From Antedon mediterranea (Eukaryota; Animalia; Echinodermata): a stretch of DNA of 64,000 nucleotides. Below, in pieces: positions 36,278-55,100 of the stretch. The translations under genes were made by a program, and so were the position numbers. The number at the start of each line of letters is the position of its first letter. Positions within the stretch are counted from its first letter, which is position 1. The DNA lies in the NCBI RefSeq assembly GCF_964355755.1, contig NC_092679.1, positions 3,068,201 through 3,132,200 on the forward strand. Reading direction: 5' to 3'. The notes below the pieces were generated by a model. The model did no database searches. It was not told the origin of the DNA and saw nothing but the letters and a program-made list of their open reading frames with translations.

Positions 36278-40055
<3,778 letters not shown>

Positions 40056-41263
40056 GTCTGTATCTGTAAATTATCTATCATTATTAAAGTATCTACAGTA
40101 CCTCCTTCCTCCAAGTTTCATAGAACCAACACATTCTACTACTGTACGATTACATTTCTAACATATTAGATGATATGGACATTATTTATTTTATGTTTAA
40201 AAAGTTAGTAAAACAAGTAGCCGCTATTTGCAACTCGCAGATTTTTTTACAGTATTTTAAAAGTAGATATTGGCTGACGTATAACCAAGGGAATCTAACA
40301 ACAGGATGCTGAGCTCCGGAAATCAAAGGGTTTATTGGTGGCTGCGACATGATCAGGTCCACACCCATTAACAGACACTACGCGCCGTGAAGAATATATA
40401 CATAGTACAGTGTTGTTGGTATTTGTTGCAGCCAGACATTAAGATAAGGGACTGTTACGAGTTTGTAACATGGCAAGTGTCCTGTTAGATTGCCTTGTTA
40501 TAACATAGGAACAATATACTATGTGTTTTTTGCCTTTTATGGATTTTGGTATTTGTGTGAATGCTCATGATTGGGTAGCTATAACTTGCCTTCTTATATT
40601 ATTTAGTAATGCATTCCGATAAACTTTATTGTATTAATAATGTGAATTTACAGAACCAACCAAAAGTTGGCAATCAGGGTTTTTTGTGGAAGGTACACTA
40701 TTTATAGGATCGATCCATTTCTGAATGGGGCTTCAAAACTCAATTTAAAGCCTGTAGATAGAAAAAGTATTTTATAAGTTGGTATAAATATTAATAGGCG
40801 AGTCTTAAAATGTTTGGTGGGAGTTTAAATAATGGATGATGTGTTCTTGGAGGTTTACTTGCTTCTGGTCCTACGTATCACCCTTAATTGTAATGTAAAT
40901 ATATGGATGCACATACAGGTGGCGTGAAAACTTAGTTTTCTAATTTACAAATTGGATATAGGGTTAGTGTATGATAAATTATTGAAGTGTGGAGGAGGGT
41001 AAAAAGTAATAAAAACATGTTTGCAGATTTAAAGCATACAATACTAGAAATTAAAAACAGATCGTGTATTTTATTATGTGTTTTTTAACCATTTATATAC
41101 TGTAGTATAAAAGACCATATGCTGTGCATTGTAACTTAGTCCAAGAGAATTAGGGTTTGACCCGGAAATTTCTGGTAACAAGCTAATTTTTTCAGGAAAG
41201 GTCCAGAACTATGGAACATCATACTGTAATTGTTAAATAAGTTCATTTGGATCTGATAATATA

Positions 41264-41406
41264 ATGTGATAACAAGTTACTTTTATATGATCCAATATAA
41301 TGTCAAGTTTGTAAGATGATATCGGTTCTTGCATTGCCAGAGAACCGATATCATCTTACAAACTTGACATTATATTGGATCATATAGAAGTAACTTGTTA
41401 TCACAT
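41264..41406. repeat. Near-perfect 66-bp inverted repeat with 11-nt loop
   Basis: Arms 41264-41329 and 41341-41406 differ at one position (a G.U pair in plus-strand RNA). Confidence 0.95.
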
Positions 41407-41773
41407 CATACTGTAGGCTAATAACTGTAAATGGAAATCATAATATGTACATTGTGGTGCATAGTCCAGTCATATGTAAAATTGGTACAAAAAAAACAAT
41501 TTTCCAAAATCCAATAGACATTTTTATTGTCATTTTACAGTACTGAATATCTAAAAAACATGATGTTTAATGATCATTATTTTAATGATGAATGGATGAT
41601 TTAAATGTGACTATATTACTGTATATAATATAATTTAACTTCTTGAAAAAATAAAATATCTAAAAGCATAATATTACACCTAAATAGACTGTCCCAAAAA
41701 GAATCCCTATCATGTATATAAAAACATCTACAAGAACCACAAACCAAAATTATTATTATTCTAATAGTTTCAA

Positions 41774-44700
41774 TTAGTTTTTAGATTTTCGCAGATTAAG
41801 TCTTCCAATGTAATTCCCCCCAAAGCTTCCCAAATACAGCTCATTTCCTGTGTCCAAAACTTCACTGACACTAGAGACGACCTCTCCTGTGGGGTCATGC
41901 AAACTTTGAACTATTTCACCTTTCTGGTTCACTTCTATTATAAGTCCATATTTTGGAATGAACCGGAAAAGTGTCCTTGGGTCGATGACCTGAAAAATGC
42001 ACAATTATTGAAATTAAAGAATTTGTCTACACTATCAAACTTTATGTGACAACAAATTGTGATGTGCCCATATGGACATGATGATGTCATATCACTACCA
42101 TATTTGAGCACATCAAACTAGTTTGATGGTGTAGACAGAGCTTTATGATACACATTCTATACTAAAAAGGACTGCTTAATTGATTTGGTAGTGGATTTTC
42201 TATTTATAGGTATAGAGTTTAAAAATATGTGGATCACTGTCAATGATTCCATTATATAAACCTACCTTTGCGATCATATTTCTGATCCATGGATGCTGAT
42301 ACAGAAAATCAATCACCGGCATTGATCCGGAACGTGCGCCTGGATAGGCTAAGCCTATCCAAAATCCACCACTACTGCTAGGACTGATGTTGTCTGGAAA
42401 TCCGGGCAAATTTGAAATGAATGTCTCTGTTTGTCCAGCCTTCTCTCCCTTTAGATAATATCTGTAAATAGAATTTTATTTTTTTTAAGCCTTAGCCACA
42501 TCCTTTTATATACAGTACCATAATATTGACACAGATGCAGGTATGTAGCCACATGAAATAAAGTGGTCCAGTTTTCGCAAGGAAAGAGCACAATTTGTGT
42601 TCAAGCCACTGGGGTGTCAAAGGCGTCAGTGGTCAGGTTGAAACCTTACTGGTGGCTACGGCCCTGAGATGTACAAGAATATTTTAGTAACCATTAAGGA
42701 TTAAAAACAATACGTACTTGTGAACACGGAATCGGGTTGTCTCACAAAACAGGAGGTATTCTCCGTCCGGTCCTATTGCCATGCCGTTGGGAAAATATGC
42801 CTTGTTAAGGAATGAATCCATTTGATTGGTTTTTTCATCAAACCATGAAACTCTGAAAGTATATATATATAATCAAATTATCATCATAAATATCATTAAA
42901 TGGCTTTTATTTTGTACTCTTTGCAATAAAAATTGAATTAGATTACAAATACATAAAAATCAATATAAATATAAAATGTTAAACTTTTTAGGAGAAAACC
43001 ATTATGTCTCCGGTTTGAATAACGTATATACAAAATCTTGAGTATAAAGATAGAGTAATAGCACTCCAAGATGTTGTGTTCAAGACCCCTGTCCGAACAC
43101 AATAGTACACGTCAACTGACTTATACCTGATTCACACTACACTAAATGTTTGTACAAGGTAAATCAGGTATTAAAATAAACATCTCAGTTGTGTGTATCT
43201 TCCATCGAGGTATTATACATTGGCTAGAGGGCATACTCCTGACTGGACTTCTCACCTTCCACAGTTTTCATTTTCCATTATAATGTATCCAAATTCTCTT
43301 CTCTGCCATTTGTGACTAGAATCGGTGAAAAATATTGTTCTGTCACTTCCCTTCACAATGTCATTGAAAAATTTAAAGTACACCCCTTTTGCCGACCTGT
43401 CATTCTCAACTAAATGTTTAAACTTTCCTGAAAATGAGAAGAGAAAATATTTTTAAACTGGCTGCAGTAATCTAATAGCAACCCTGTGATACTAGATACC
43501 CAGTGACCGTATTCACCATTACACTTCGGTTTTTTATGGGAAACACTTACCCTTAAAATTAGAAAAAATCTATCTAAAAGAATACAATTTAAGGGAAATA
43601 CTTTAACTTAAGTGAAACACTTATAGGAAATATCTCACTTAAGTGTGATTGGTGAATACAGTTGTTTGTAAGGAAACACTTACCCTTCAAAATTGAAAAT
43701 ATCTCCTATCTAAGTGAATACAATTTAAGGGAAATACTTAAATGTTTATTGAGAATACTTAAATATTTATTGAGTTAAGTAAAATACTTAAAGTGGAGCT
43801 ACACTCAGACTTTCTCAGCTTATATTATGTTTAAGTATGTTTAATTGAAAGTGATTACATAAAAAAAAAACAGGAAAAATACGGAAATATTTTTCAAAAA
43901 CTCATTTCTAAAAAATCGGTCAGAAAATAATGTTTTTTAACACATTACAGTTTTTCAGTAACTTAGGGGTTATTAGTTTACAATACGTCGCAAAACGCGT
44001 TAGACTTAGCGACTGACGCGTTTTAGTCGCCGGTCAACGCATTGATGAAATGTCTCCCCTTTGTTTTGGTAAATTATGTGAAAAATGGGGAATCAATTTT
44101 ATACACACAATTAATACGATTTGTTTAGGCCTAAGTAATATTTCCGATAAGAAAATACAAGTACAACAACAGCATAATAATCTTATCAGATTGCTTTTAA
44201 CTTTAAGCTAGGGCTAGGCCTAGCTCAGCCGTCTGCTCAGCCTAACTAGCCTTACATTTTTGTCTGGAGGCCTATGTATTCATAGGCATGGTCGTTTCGC
44301 CCCATTTATCGTTCCTGGGTTTTCTCGCACATTAAGAATTGTGAAACACAAAATCCTATAGTATGCAGAACAAGAGTAGTAAAGCGATGTGCAAGCTTAG
44401 ACCTGACTGAAAAGCAACTATTCAGGCACCCTATAATGGCCCATGGGTAGGCCAAGGTCGGGTGCCAGCAAAACAAACTTCACTGCTGTCAGCCTAGCCT
44501 AGCTAGAGGCCACGCAGCATCGGTACATACCTACACTCTAGTAGGCCTAGGCCTAGCTTTATTGAATATATAGCCACGTCTTTCTCAAATCTCGTTAAAT
44601 TTGACATTTTAGTAATAGTCTCATAATCACATTATTACACTGTGAAACATAATAGGGTCACATTCAGAATGTTTTAATATACTTTTCGCCCGTCAAAAAT

Positions 44701-47700
44701 AACATCGCGACAAAATAACAGATCGCCAGCTGCAGTAGTAGTGTGATTGTGAAAAATGTCACGTGATTGTACTCCCTAGCAAAATAAAAAACCCAATTGG
44801 ACCCGAACGGGGGAAAGTGTCTATTTACGCAAAATTGCGCAATGTATAGGTGATAAAAATACCAGAAATAGAAAGATCTGGAAAAATTACATAAATATAC
44901 ATTTTACATTTTTTTTTTGGTGAAGAAATGAATTTTTTAGGATTATTCAAATATACCCCCCTTTTGCATGTAAAAGAATAGGAAATTACAAGGTATCCCC
45001 CCAAAACGCAAAAAGGCGTGATTTTCAAGAAAATCGTACTCATTGAAAAAAATTTCAAAAAAATATGAAGTATAAGGGATGATATTTTTAAATAATAGTT
45101 GAAATGTATGAAAAATAGTAATTTTCTGGGTGGAGCTCCACTTTAAGGGAAATATCTCACTTAAGTGTGAGTGGTGAATACGGCCACTAGTTTTCAAGTT
45201 TTTAATCAATACTCACCAGTTTTAACATTTAATCGAAAAATGCCTAGGTATGCGTCGGCGACAAGGAGCTGATTCTCGGACTCAAACTTCAATCCTAGCG
45301 GCCTTCCGCATATATGTTCGTTTTCTTCCAAGCCTAAAAGAACGAACACAATGTTATACTGGATTATACAATAAGTCTTGCTACCAAGATGGTCAGTGGT
45401 TATCACTTTATCACAAGCATTGGGTCTTCCAGAAATTTTTTATAATTAAGATAATTTTTATTTATAACTCACCACAAGGCTTGTTTCCAAATGTTGCTAC
45501 TGTTGATATTTTGCCATCTTTAATTCTGATAATTTTACCATCGTGTGTGCCTGTATAGATGACGCCTAAAAATGTAATGAAATATAATTATGACTTTATT
45601 TTTCACCAGAATGTTAAAATAGGTTGTAAATACTAGCAAATAAAATGCTGTAGCTTAAAGCTAAAGTAATATTTTATAATTTTTATCTGAAATTTAGAAA
45701 GCCTCATCGGCCAGGTAATTTCCAACACCCCTCCTCGTAAATCCTCCCTCCTCGTAAATCCTCCCTCCCCCCACACCCTCTCCACGTCCCTAATTGTTGA
45801 ACATGATTTTTATTACCTTTCTGCATTGCAAATGATTCAGCTCCACTAACTTGACCTTCAAATAATCGTTCAACATCCTGTAATCGAGTATTTGGAGCAA
45901 GAGCTCCAGTGAAAGGCCTTGGGGTTGGTGCACTGAAATGTGTAATATAAATTTATATATAAATTTCATATATTTAAAAAATTTACCTATCTCCGAACAT
46001 CTGAGACAGCTGGGGGTGGGTAAAGCTCTGTCCACATTATCAAACTTTATGTAACAACAAAATTTGATGTGCCCATATATGGACACGATGATCACTACCA
46101 TATTTGGGCACATCACTACCATATTTGGGCATATCACTACCATATTTGGGCACATCACACTTTTTTTGTTAGTGTAGACAGCATTGTATCCACCTATCTC
46201 AGAATAGCATCCCCCACTCCAACTAAAAGGAAAAGTTAAAGTGAAATTCTTTAAATATTTTTACGAGAGAAAAATATAAAAATCAACGTTGGTATGCCTA
46301 TGCTAAAATGAACACAGTGAGTTGATCCCTGACATATTAAAACCAAGGATTTTAAACAACAATACAACAGGATCTAGATATTTATTTTTTTTAAATGACA
46401 ATGCAGAAAAAAATGTACGGTATATGACTATGCAGCTATTGAGTCTAAAAGTCATTTTGTGTAAGCTCATATGTTTCTGAGTCCGTGCAAAATGACTTTT
46501 CGACTCAACAGCTGCTTAGTCGGTAATAAAACTTACTTGAAAGTTGTGGCATGGATTTTATCTGGAATGACTAAAGCTATAAATAGTGTTATAGAACATA
46601 CAAAAAATACTCCGAACATCACGGTGTAAATTACGAATTTTAGTAAAGAACAAGAACGATCTCTGAAAAAAAACAAGATAAATTTACTAAATTAACGGTT
46701 CATCTGATATGAATCTGATTTCATTCTCAATATTCAAGATGGAGGAACCAGCATTGCATGATGGGAATGTAACCTGTGCATTACCATATTCGATGAATCT
46801 GTTAAGTACCTGTACTTATTTTATTTGAATAGTGTACATTGCAATGCAAGATTGCTCGTTTAATTACTGTTCGAAATACTAGTGACCATTACCACAACAA
46901 ATAAAATGGTGCAAAAACGGAACAATCTCTTTTCATGTCACTGGGTTGTCATAGGACTCTGTGAACAAGTGGTCAAGTTGAAACCTTACTCTGTAATTAA
47001 AATTACTCAACAGAAAAACAATACTCCCAATTGAATACACTAATTGTTGGCATTTCACTCAAACACGAGTTCATACTTCACACTGGAAATTAACTTCCAT
47101 CACAATCAGCCGATTATTTCCAAAGTATCATAGGAATATTTGTATGTGTTTCCCATGTATCTAGTAGTAACCTAACCCTTAACATAACCTTACATGATAC
47201 AGGCACCACATGTGATATAAATGAGATGCTGTATTACCAAAATATTTCTATGATACTTCGGAAATAGATAGTCGGAATACTTAGTTATGCAATACAAATT
47301 AATTATTATATATAGTAAAAGTTAGTGATTTTAAAATATATTTTTAAACTCATCAGGAATAGTATATCGAAGGATGTAATGATCCCATAGGAAGTGGTAA
47401 TCCTGTTTGCTCTCCCAGATACTTCCTGCTTTATTGTAAAAATCAAACATTTAACTTTGATGACTAGGCATATTTTTTTACAGTTTTACACCCATATTTT
47501 TATTTTATGAGATGGCTCTTGGAAAACCACCACCATTCTTTCCAGACTTTATGCGAGACAGTAAATAATCCTCATTCAAACCCACCTCTCCCTCCCAAAG
47601 GAAGTACTATACCATCCCAGTCACCTCCTACTACCCTCACAACCCAAGCCCATCTATGAAGCTCTGTCTGCACTATCAAACTTTATGTGACAACAAAATG

Positions 47701-48291
47701 TGATGTGCCTATATTTGGATATGATGATGTCATATCACTACATAATATTTGGGTACATCTTACACTTTTTTGATAGTGTAGGCAGCTTTAGAATGATAAA
47801 TTAATACAAATATTTGTCAGCTTATCATATTTTAATTTAATAAGTGTGATTGAAAGAAAGGCTGTATAATATTTAAATACAAAAACATGCAGGTACCATT
47901 ACATCAGTTTAGAAAAGAAATATGTAATATATATTCATATAATAATATAAATTTTTGCAACTAAATAGGCCTACATTATCAATTAATATTCATTCATTCA
48001 CAAAATATACAAATTAATTAAGTCTGACTAAGCTACATCAATATTTTTATATTAAAGATTATATATTTAGTTTTAGTCTCCAATTTAAAAGACCACTCTA
48101 TTTCAACATAAACAGACAAGTGCTAGCTAGCATGTGAACAATATTTCTACCACACTTGTAAAAACTTACACAATTGTTGGCGGTTTTAGCTTTCTTCGTC
48201 TTTTCTTTGGTGAATCACTTTGAGATTTTGTTTCTTCATTGTCTGGTTTTTGATCAGGTTTTCTTTGACGCAAAGATGATTCTGATTCCAT
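41774..48291 (-). CDS. APMAP: Adipocyte plasma membrane-associated protein (strictosidine synthase-like)
   Basis: ATG at 48291 (MESESSLRQRK); TM exon 46662-46537; exons near 45932-45817, 45566-45472, 45334-45216 (CGRPLG...VADAYLG), 43428-43256 (FFNDI...FFTDSS), 42852-42718 (FPNG), 42461-42266 (NLPGFPDNI..S..GGFWI), 41989-41774 (SLHDP.G...SEV...LYLGSF). Confidence 0.92.
43505..45185. mobile_element. Harbinger-like MITE (CACTTAAGTG-rich) interrupted by a Kolobok-type element
   Basis: Outer TIR gaccgtattcacca / tggtgaatacggcc. Confidence 0.6.
43792..45142. mobile_element. Kolobok-type non-autonomous element (~1.35 kb)
   Basis: TTAA|AGTGGAGCTACAC ... GTGGAGCTCCACT|TTAA. Confidence 0.8.
46024..46181. 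mobile_element. MITE family A
   Basis: Family TIR and 21-bp repeats. Confidence 0.75.
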
Positions 48292-49163
48292 TTTTCTGTT
48301 AAAAAAAAAATGTAGGCTCAATATTAATGTTGGCTGAGATTTATTTTTGACCAGTACGGTTCTTTATTATAGATCGGTGATTAACTGACTGATCTTATTA
48401 TGATACGTCATATTTTTGGAAAAGTAAATAAGGAAATTAATTGACTCTGAAAACCTTTACAACAAAACTCTATTGCCGATCACATAATAAATTGATTGAT
48501 GGATTGATCGATTAATTCAGGTTAAAGTGGTGTTGGATGCGCCTGAACAAGATATACTCCACAAGTAGCCTCAACCTTTCAACCACCTCTCATCATCCCC
48601 TCCCATCAATCTCCTGACCCCTCCTTCTTCCAGAGCTGATTGACCTCTCCCTTTCCAAACATCCTGGTGGTTTCCACCGTTTTTATTATTTAATAATAAT
48701 AAAATGTAACTTTAGTAACACAACTCTACCTAATAATATCTTACATTTTCTATTGTAATAAATCTAGGTTTACCTGAGGTTGTAGCTTACACTGGTTAAA
48801 TTTAGATAAAACTTCCTCTTTCCTGGACCTTGTTCACTGGCTCTCAACACGTAATGAGTAGGCTGAAATCCGAATTAAGTTTGGTCTTACAAACTTCCTG
48901 GTGGTAAAGTGAAAACCAACCAATCAGAAACCATAAGACTGTTGTTATCACTACTAAAATGATCTTATTGCTACTAAATTATCTATTTAACCAGCCGCCG
49001 TTTATAATTAATTCAGGAATATATCTCACTTTTAAAAACTGAGATCGTTCTGGGCCGCCAAATTATACTGTTTTAATAGAAACGAGGATCGCCGGGAGAA
49101 ATTTGACCCAATTGGTCGTCTGCTTTTTTCTGTTGTGAAAAAAGTTGTCCTTTTACACATAAA

Positions 49164-52100
49164 ATGGCAAGTTTACGAGATAAACAAATTGGTAAATATT
49201 TTCTTTAAACACCTATAGTTAATTTAATGTTTTTATTGAACTATTAATAGTCTATTAGTTTCGGTTCTTCAGTGTAGCCCGGTAATTTGTCAATGAATGT
49301 GTGACAGATGTGTGAGCGACCGGATCGATGATGTGGCAGGCATGCAGCACTGACGGTGTGTAGGCCGTACGTGCAGCCTCACCACCACCAGTCATTCGTC
49401 TAGCATAGGCTAGGCCTAGTAGGTAGCCCAAGAGATCCGCTGGTGGCGGTGACTTGCCAGTCAATTTTGTTCTAGGGCCTAGATAGACTAGGCCTAGCCT
49501 ACCCTATATTTATATGATGATGATAGATAATATCTTTTTTTTTGTAGGTAGGCTTAATACGCCCCCTTTTCCACGAAACGAAGACATCTTTGAGAGATGA
49601 CAAACAATGCTGTGCAGGGAAGCATAACTAACAGAAATAACAAGAGTTTTCAGGGGATTTCAGGACACCATGTCAATTAAAAAACTCTTGAATGGAGAAT
49701 TGTATGAGAAAAAAATTACTGGAAAATGTTTTTAAAAGAATTGCCATCATTGCGCATGATTGAAACAAATTGGAAAAATTGTTTTGACCGCTTAAAATCC
49801 AACCATCATTAAAGGACCACAGTGTATAAAAGCATACAATGGATTGTAAGCGTTGAAAAAAATTCAACTTTGTTTCAATCACACAGTTATGTAGGCTATT
49901 TTTTTATTAGGAACATTTTACATTAAAAATGTTTTCATTTAGGAGTTACAAATTTTTAAGTAACTTGTCCTCTGAAAATATGCTCGCCAAACTATGTTAT
50001 TTCTGTTGGTTACGCTTCCCTGCACAGCATTGTCATCGATCGAAGATGTCTTACATTTCGTGCAAAAGGCCAAACACTGAATGTTTTAAAACTGAGAGTA
50101 GGCTCAATATTGTCAATGCACGTCAAATGTGTGTATATATATTTTTCCTCTCCTTTACCATGTCACCTAGATTGTTTTAGATCTAATTTAAGTAGGGCGG
50201 GTGGCACCTGAATCCGGGATGACCGAGACACAACTGGTGCTGACCGGGGTTCAATTTGACCGATCCCTGGTTAGCGACGAAGGCGTATCCCCCTTACTTC
50301 GGTTTGGTTTTTTTTTTGGCATGGTTGGTTTTATCGTATTAGTTTATGTACAGTGCATAGAGGTTTCACAATATTAGGCACTAAGTAAATCCAGGATATT
50401 ATTATTATTATAGGCCTAGGCTGTCAACCGTGCTGATATTTACGCCCGTATTCTTAAACCGGACTTTAGTCGTAGTTCGAAGTTCGACTTGGAAAAGTCG
50501 TAGTTCGAGCTATTACTTCAAATTCGATTCAAAAACGAAGTAGTCGAAGTTTGCAGTTCGACTTAATGAAGTCGAGCTTTTAGTCGAGTTGCACACGTCT
50601 GGGTAACAAAGGCTATACATTGGCCAATGACAAGAGAGTATTTGAGGAGCAGACGAAATTTTGCGCATTGATATCACTTTCCATTTCTTACAACACTTTT
50701 TACGCATCAGGACTATATACATGAAAAATAATTTTAATCGTTAATTATTAGAACAATATCAGTATTAATTTAACAGTGAAGTATATTTGATTAAAAACAA
50801 ATAAAATCTTTAAAATATATTTAGGAACCATGGCGGTACGGTAACTTTTATATTTTCTAGGCCCCCAACAAAGTATGATCGCCACGAACCACGCACTTCA
50901 TAGCGTGACAAGAAAGCGCTAGGCCCCCTAAACATTCCATCGCGTGGTGAATTGCCGCATCTCCCATTGTCGCTATGGCGTGACGTAGCTCAAGTCGGAC
51001 TTGCGCGAAGAAAATAATGTAATTTGTATACAGTTGTAAATAAAGATGATTTTCATTATTATAATTTATACCAATGTATATTTAATTAAGCTAATATAAA
51101 TATAGATATTTCATTCTTCAATATCTGGCCAATATAACAACTCAATGACTGTTACGTTTTTAATAAACATCATTTAAAAACCATTTAGTCAACCATTTAG
51201 TCTGTCCCCTCCAGGACTAAAAAAATCAATCAAAATCCGTCTCGATTTAGTCGAGGTTGGCCTGATTTAGTCGGTGATTTAGTTGAAGTTCGGTTTATGA
51301 ATTAAAATGACGTCATTTTTTAAGTTTTAGCTCGAACTACGACTAAAGTCCGGTTTAAGAATACGGGCGATAAACTTAATTATACGCAGAGTCAAAACTG
51401 GTGATAGAAAATAATAAATTACACACAAGTTGGCCACCCATACACATGTTGATAGCCCTACAGTAGTCTAGGCCTTCAATATTTTCATAATTTGAAACAT
51501 TGACTGGTCTATTCAACGAGGTGGAGCCTTGCCAAATAGATAGACGAATACATCTATTAATTAGAATAGGCTATTTATTTTAATCACCTTTTTTACCTTA
51601 TCTTTTTCATATAAATTTTATTTTATTTTAATTTTAGCGTCATTGAAACGAATGCTCAATCTGAATGCACCACTTAGCAAAAGTTCCCTCAATGAACCAA
51701 CATGGAAGGTAATAAAAAAATAAATAATACTAAAAATAAATTGTATTATAAAAGATGTTTGTATCATTCTTACCTTTTTATAACATAGAGTAATTTTCAT
51801 TGTTGTAGTAAATGGTTATTTTTATATTGTATATCCTCAGGTGTAATCCCACTTCAGGTCTAATCCCACCCCTGCTTTATGTCTGAATGTCACAAACAGG
51901 CATAGTCCCAGTATTGACTTTTGATCTGGATGTAGGCCTCTCTATAGCCACTTCTGGTGATCTTTTTGATTCTTTTTACAAGGAATGCTTACCGATCATT
52001 TTTTTTTCTTTAACCAGGCTTTCCCCGGGTATAGTCCCACCCACCAAAGTCATCCCAAATTCGTGTTCTAGGTGGGTAGGATTATACCAGAGGATATACG

Positions 52101-55100
52101 GTATTATCTACCAATATTTTATTACAATTACTGTAATTTTATATAGGCTCTTGTATATGACCGATTTGGCCAAGATATCATCTCTCCACTTTTGTCTGTG
52201 CGTGAACTTAGAGACATGGGTGTCACTCTTCACCTGTAAGTATTTGTTACCGTATTTAATTATTAATTATCTATTTTAAAGATGTATTGTCCCTTTGACT
52301 AATTCCCAAAAATTTGAAAAAAAATTGTTTTCTGAAAAAAAGTGGGTCATTTTGAAGTAAAAAAATCATTTAACTGAAATACATACATTATTTTGTTCAA
52401 AAAATATCTTTTGCGAGCAGTGACGGATCCAGGATTTTGAAATAGGGGGTGGAGTGAGGCAGGACTAAAAATGGTGAAATGAAGGACTGAGCTTAATTTT
52501 ATGTCCTATATTTTGCATTACAATTTGTGAACTTTAGGGGTGGGGGAGGGCTGGTTGGGCCCTGCTTTGAAATCAGCAGCTCAAGCCACACAAACTGGAT
52601 TTCTAATAAAAAATGAAATTTATTTTTATTTAATTTTAATTTTTGTTATTGATTACTTTTCTTTCCTTAGTTTACTTCATTCTGACCGTGGCACATTATC
52701 AGATGTGCCAGCTGTTTATTTCGTCATGCCTTCTGAAGAAAATGTCTCAAGAATATGCCAGGTACAATGACATCATTTTTGTGAAATACAGAAAAACCTC
52801 TATTAAAGGGACACCAATAAAAAGTGTCCCCTTTAATCATGGTGTCACTGAATAGAGATTATTAAAACATTTCCTCATTCTTATTTCCAAAAAGGGGCAT
52901 AAATCACCATAAAAAAGGCTATAGTCCAGTTATTTAATATGTCAAAAGCTCTCTCTACACTATCAAATTTTATGTGACAAAAAAATGTGATGTACCCATA
53001 TATGGACATGAAGATGTCATATCATTACCATATTTAAGCATGTCACAACCAAATTTGGGCACATCACATTTTTTTTGTCGAACTAGTTTGATAGTGTAGA
53101 CAGAGCTTTAAGAGGGTGGGAAAAAGGTATTGGTCGAGTTCTAAAATACCATCTGCCTTAATTTTAGTTCTTATTAATAGCAATATGTTTCAATTGCAAA
53201 ATCTTTCCCAGGATTTCCAAAATCAACTCTACGAATCTTATTACATCAATTTTATATCAGCTGTTTCACGGCAACGACTGGAGGATTTAGCCAGCACGGC
53301 TCTACAATTCAATGTAGTTTCACAAGTATCAAAGGTATGAGCATTTGATTGGAATGGAAGTTAATTTACAAGAATTATTTATGGCTTACCATTAACCATG
53401 TACATTAAATTCTCTGTAGTTAAGACCATCATTTTGAAAACTACTTTTTAACATACATTGGAGTTGCAGTTTGTGGTTAAAATGAATGCCAACAGTGTTG
53501 CCACCTTTTAAAGGACAATGATTGAACACACGTTTGGCTATTCTTGGAAATTTTCCTAAAATAAAAATAAAGCTTTGTCAACACTATCAAACTTTATGTG
53601 ACAAAAAAAATGTGATGTGCCCATATATGGACATGAAGATGTCATACCACTACCATATTTGGGCTCATCACGCTTTTTTTGTCTAACTAGTTTGATAGTG
53701 TAGACAGAGCTTAATGTTTTTTGCATTTTATTATTTTAGGTGTTTGACCAATATTTAAACTTTATCAGCTTAGAAGATAAGATATTTACTGTTAGACACC
53801 AGAACAGGAATGCAATATCATATTATGGTATGTAATTAAGAGCATTAATTTTTTACTTCTAGCTACTCATAAGTATGACTTTCGCTTATCCAGCCAATAG
53901 AGAGAAATGGCGAACCGCGATGACGTCACTCAAATTTCACCGAGTGGGTATAGATTGTAAACAAACCATTTCGCCACATGTTTTTGTATGGGAAATTCCG
54001 ATGGGTTGAGTTAAAAAGGAAGGTAGAAAAGAACGTTTAAAACACACATAATAGCAGTATCTTTTTTTTTGCGCAACACCCTTAACAATTTTAATGTTAT
54101 ATGGGCAAATCTTAACATATTTTATTTTAATTTGGATTGAATTAAGACGCGTTTTTGTTATATACTGTACCCAGCTCTAGGCCCTAGATAGTTGGCCTGT
54201 ATGCTGTAGTACCTCGAGCCTAGCACTGATTATCGGTTATTATAATAATAATATTGGAAATTCGTTATTGCATACTGTACTACTACTACTACTACTTTAG
54301 CTAGGGTGCTGCTAGGCGTCTCCTAGCTAGGTAGTAAGACTAAATAGAGCATCTCTAGTAGATGTAGGCCTAGCATTAGTTTCAGCTTGACAACTGCCAT
54401 TTTGTTATGTGGCTAGTGGTGATGCTTCCTGCTTCAAGCCACACCAGCCTAAACTAAATTTCAAATACAAAGTAACATTTATAAATGTTTATTGATTTAT
54501 GTCATTATTGTCATTGACTACTTTTTGAATCTATGTTATTCCTTATGACCGTATGAAAAAAAAAATGTGGAGCTGACGAGCGGTTTCCGATAGACGATAG
54601 ATACAAATTCTACATGGGACAAGCTACGCAGTTTTCCACTTACCGTTTCCGCTCGTCTGTGTAAATTGGCCTTAATTTCCCCTGAAATAGGATTGGCCGT
54701 AGTATTGAAAAATTTGTTGCCCGATGTTTGTTTCACGGGAAAGTCCTGCTCAATAGTGGTGTCCCCTGAATGTGAACCCTGGAACTAGTTCTACGAATGC
54801 ATAGCATAAAGATTTCCTCATATAATTATTGTTGTAATTTTGTACAGCTATGAACAAAGCTGATGTAAAGGATATTGAAATAGAAGCTATCATGGATACA
54901 ATTGTAGACAGTCTGTTCTCAGTATTTGTGACCTTTGGCGCAGTACCTATCATAAGGTCACCGAGGGGAAATGCAGCAGAAATGGTGGCTGAGGTTAGTC
55001 TTAATATTCAATTAAGTTTGTACTTTTAATAATGATGTTATGCCATCGGTGAAAATATCTAAAATACTCAATCAATATAGATACATTAATCTAAAGCTCT

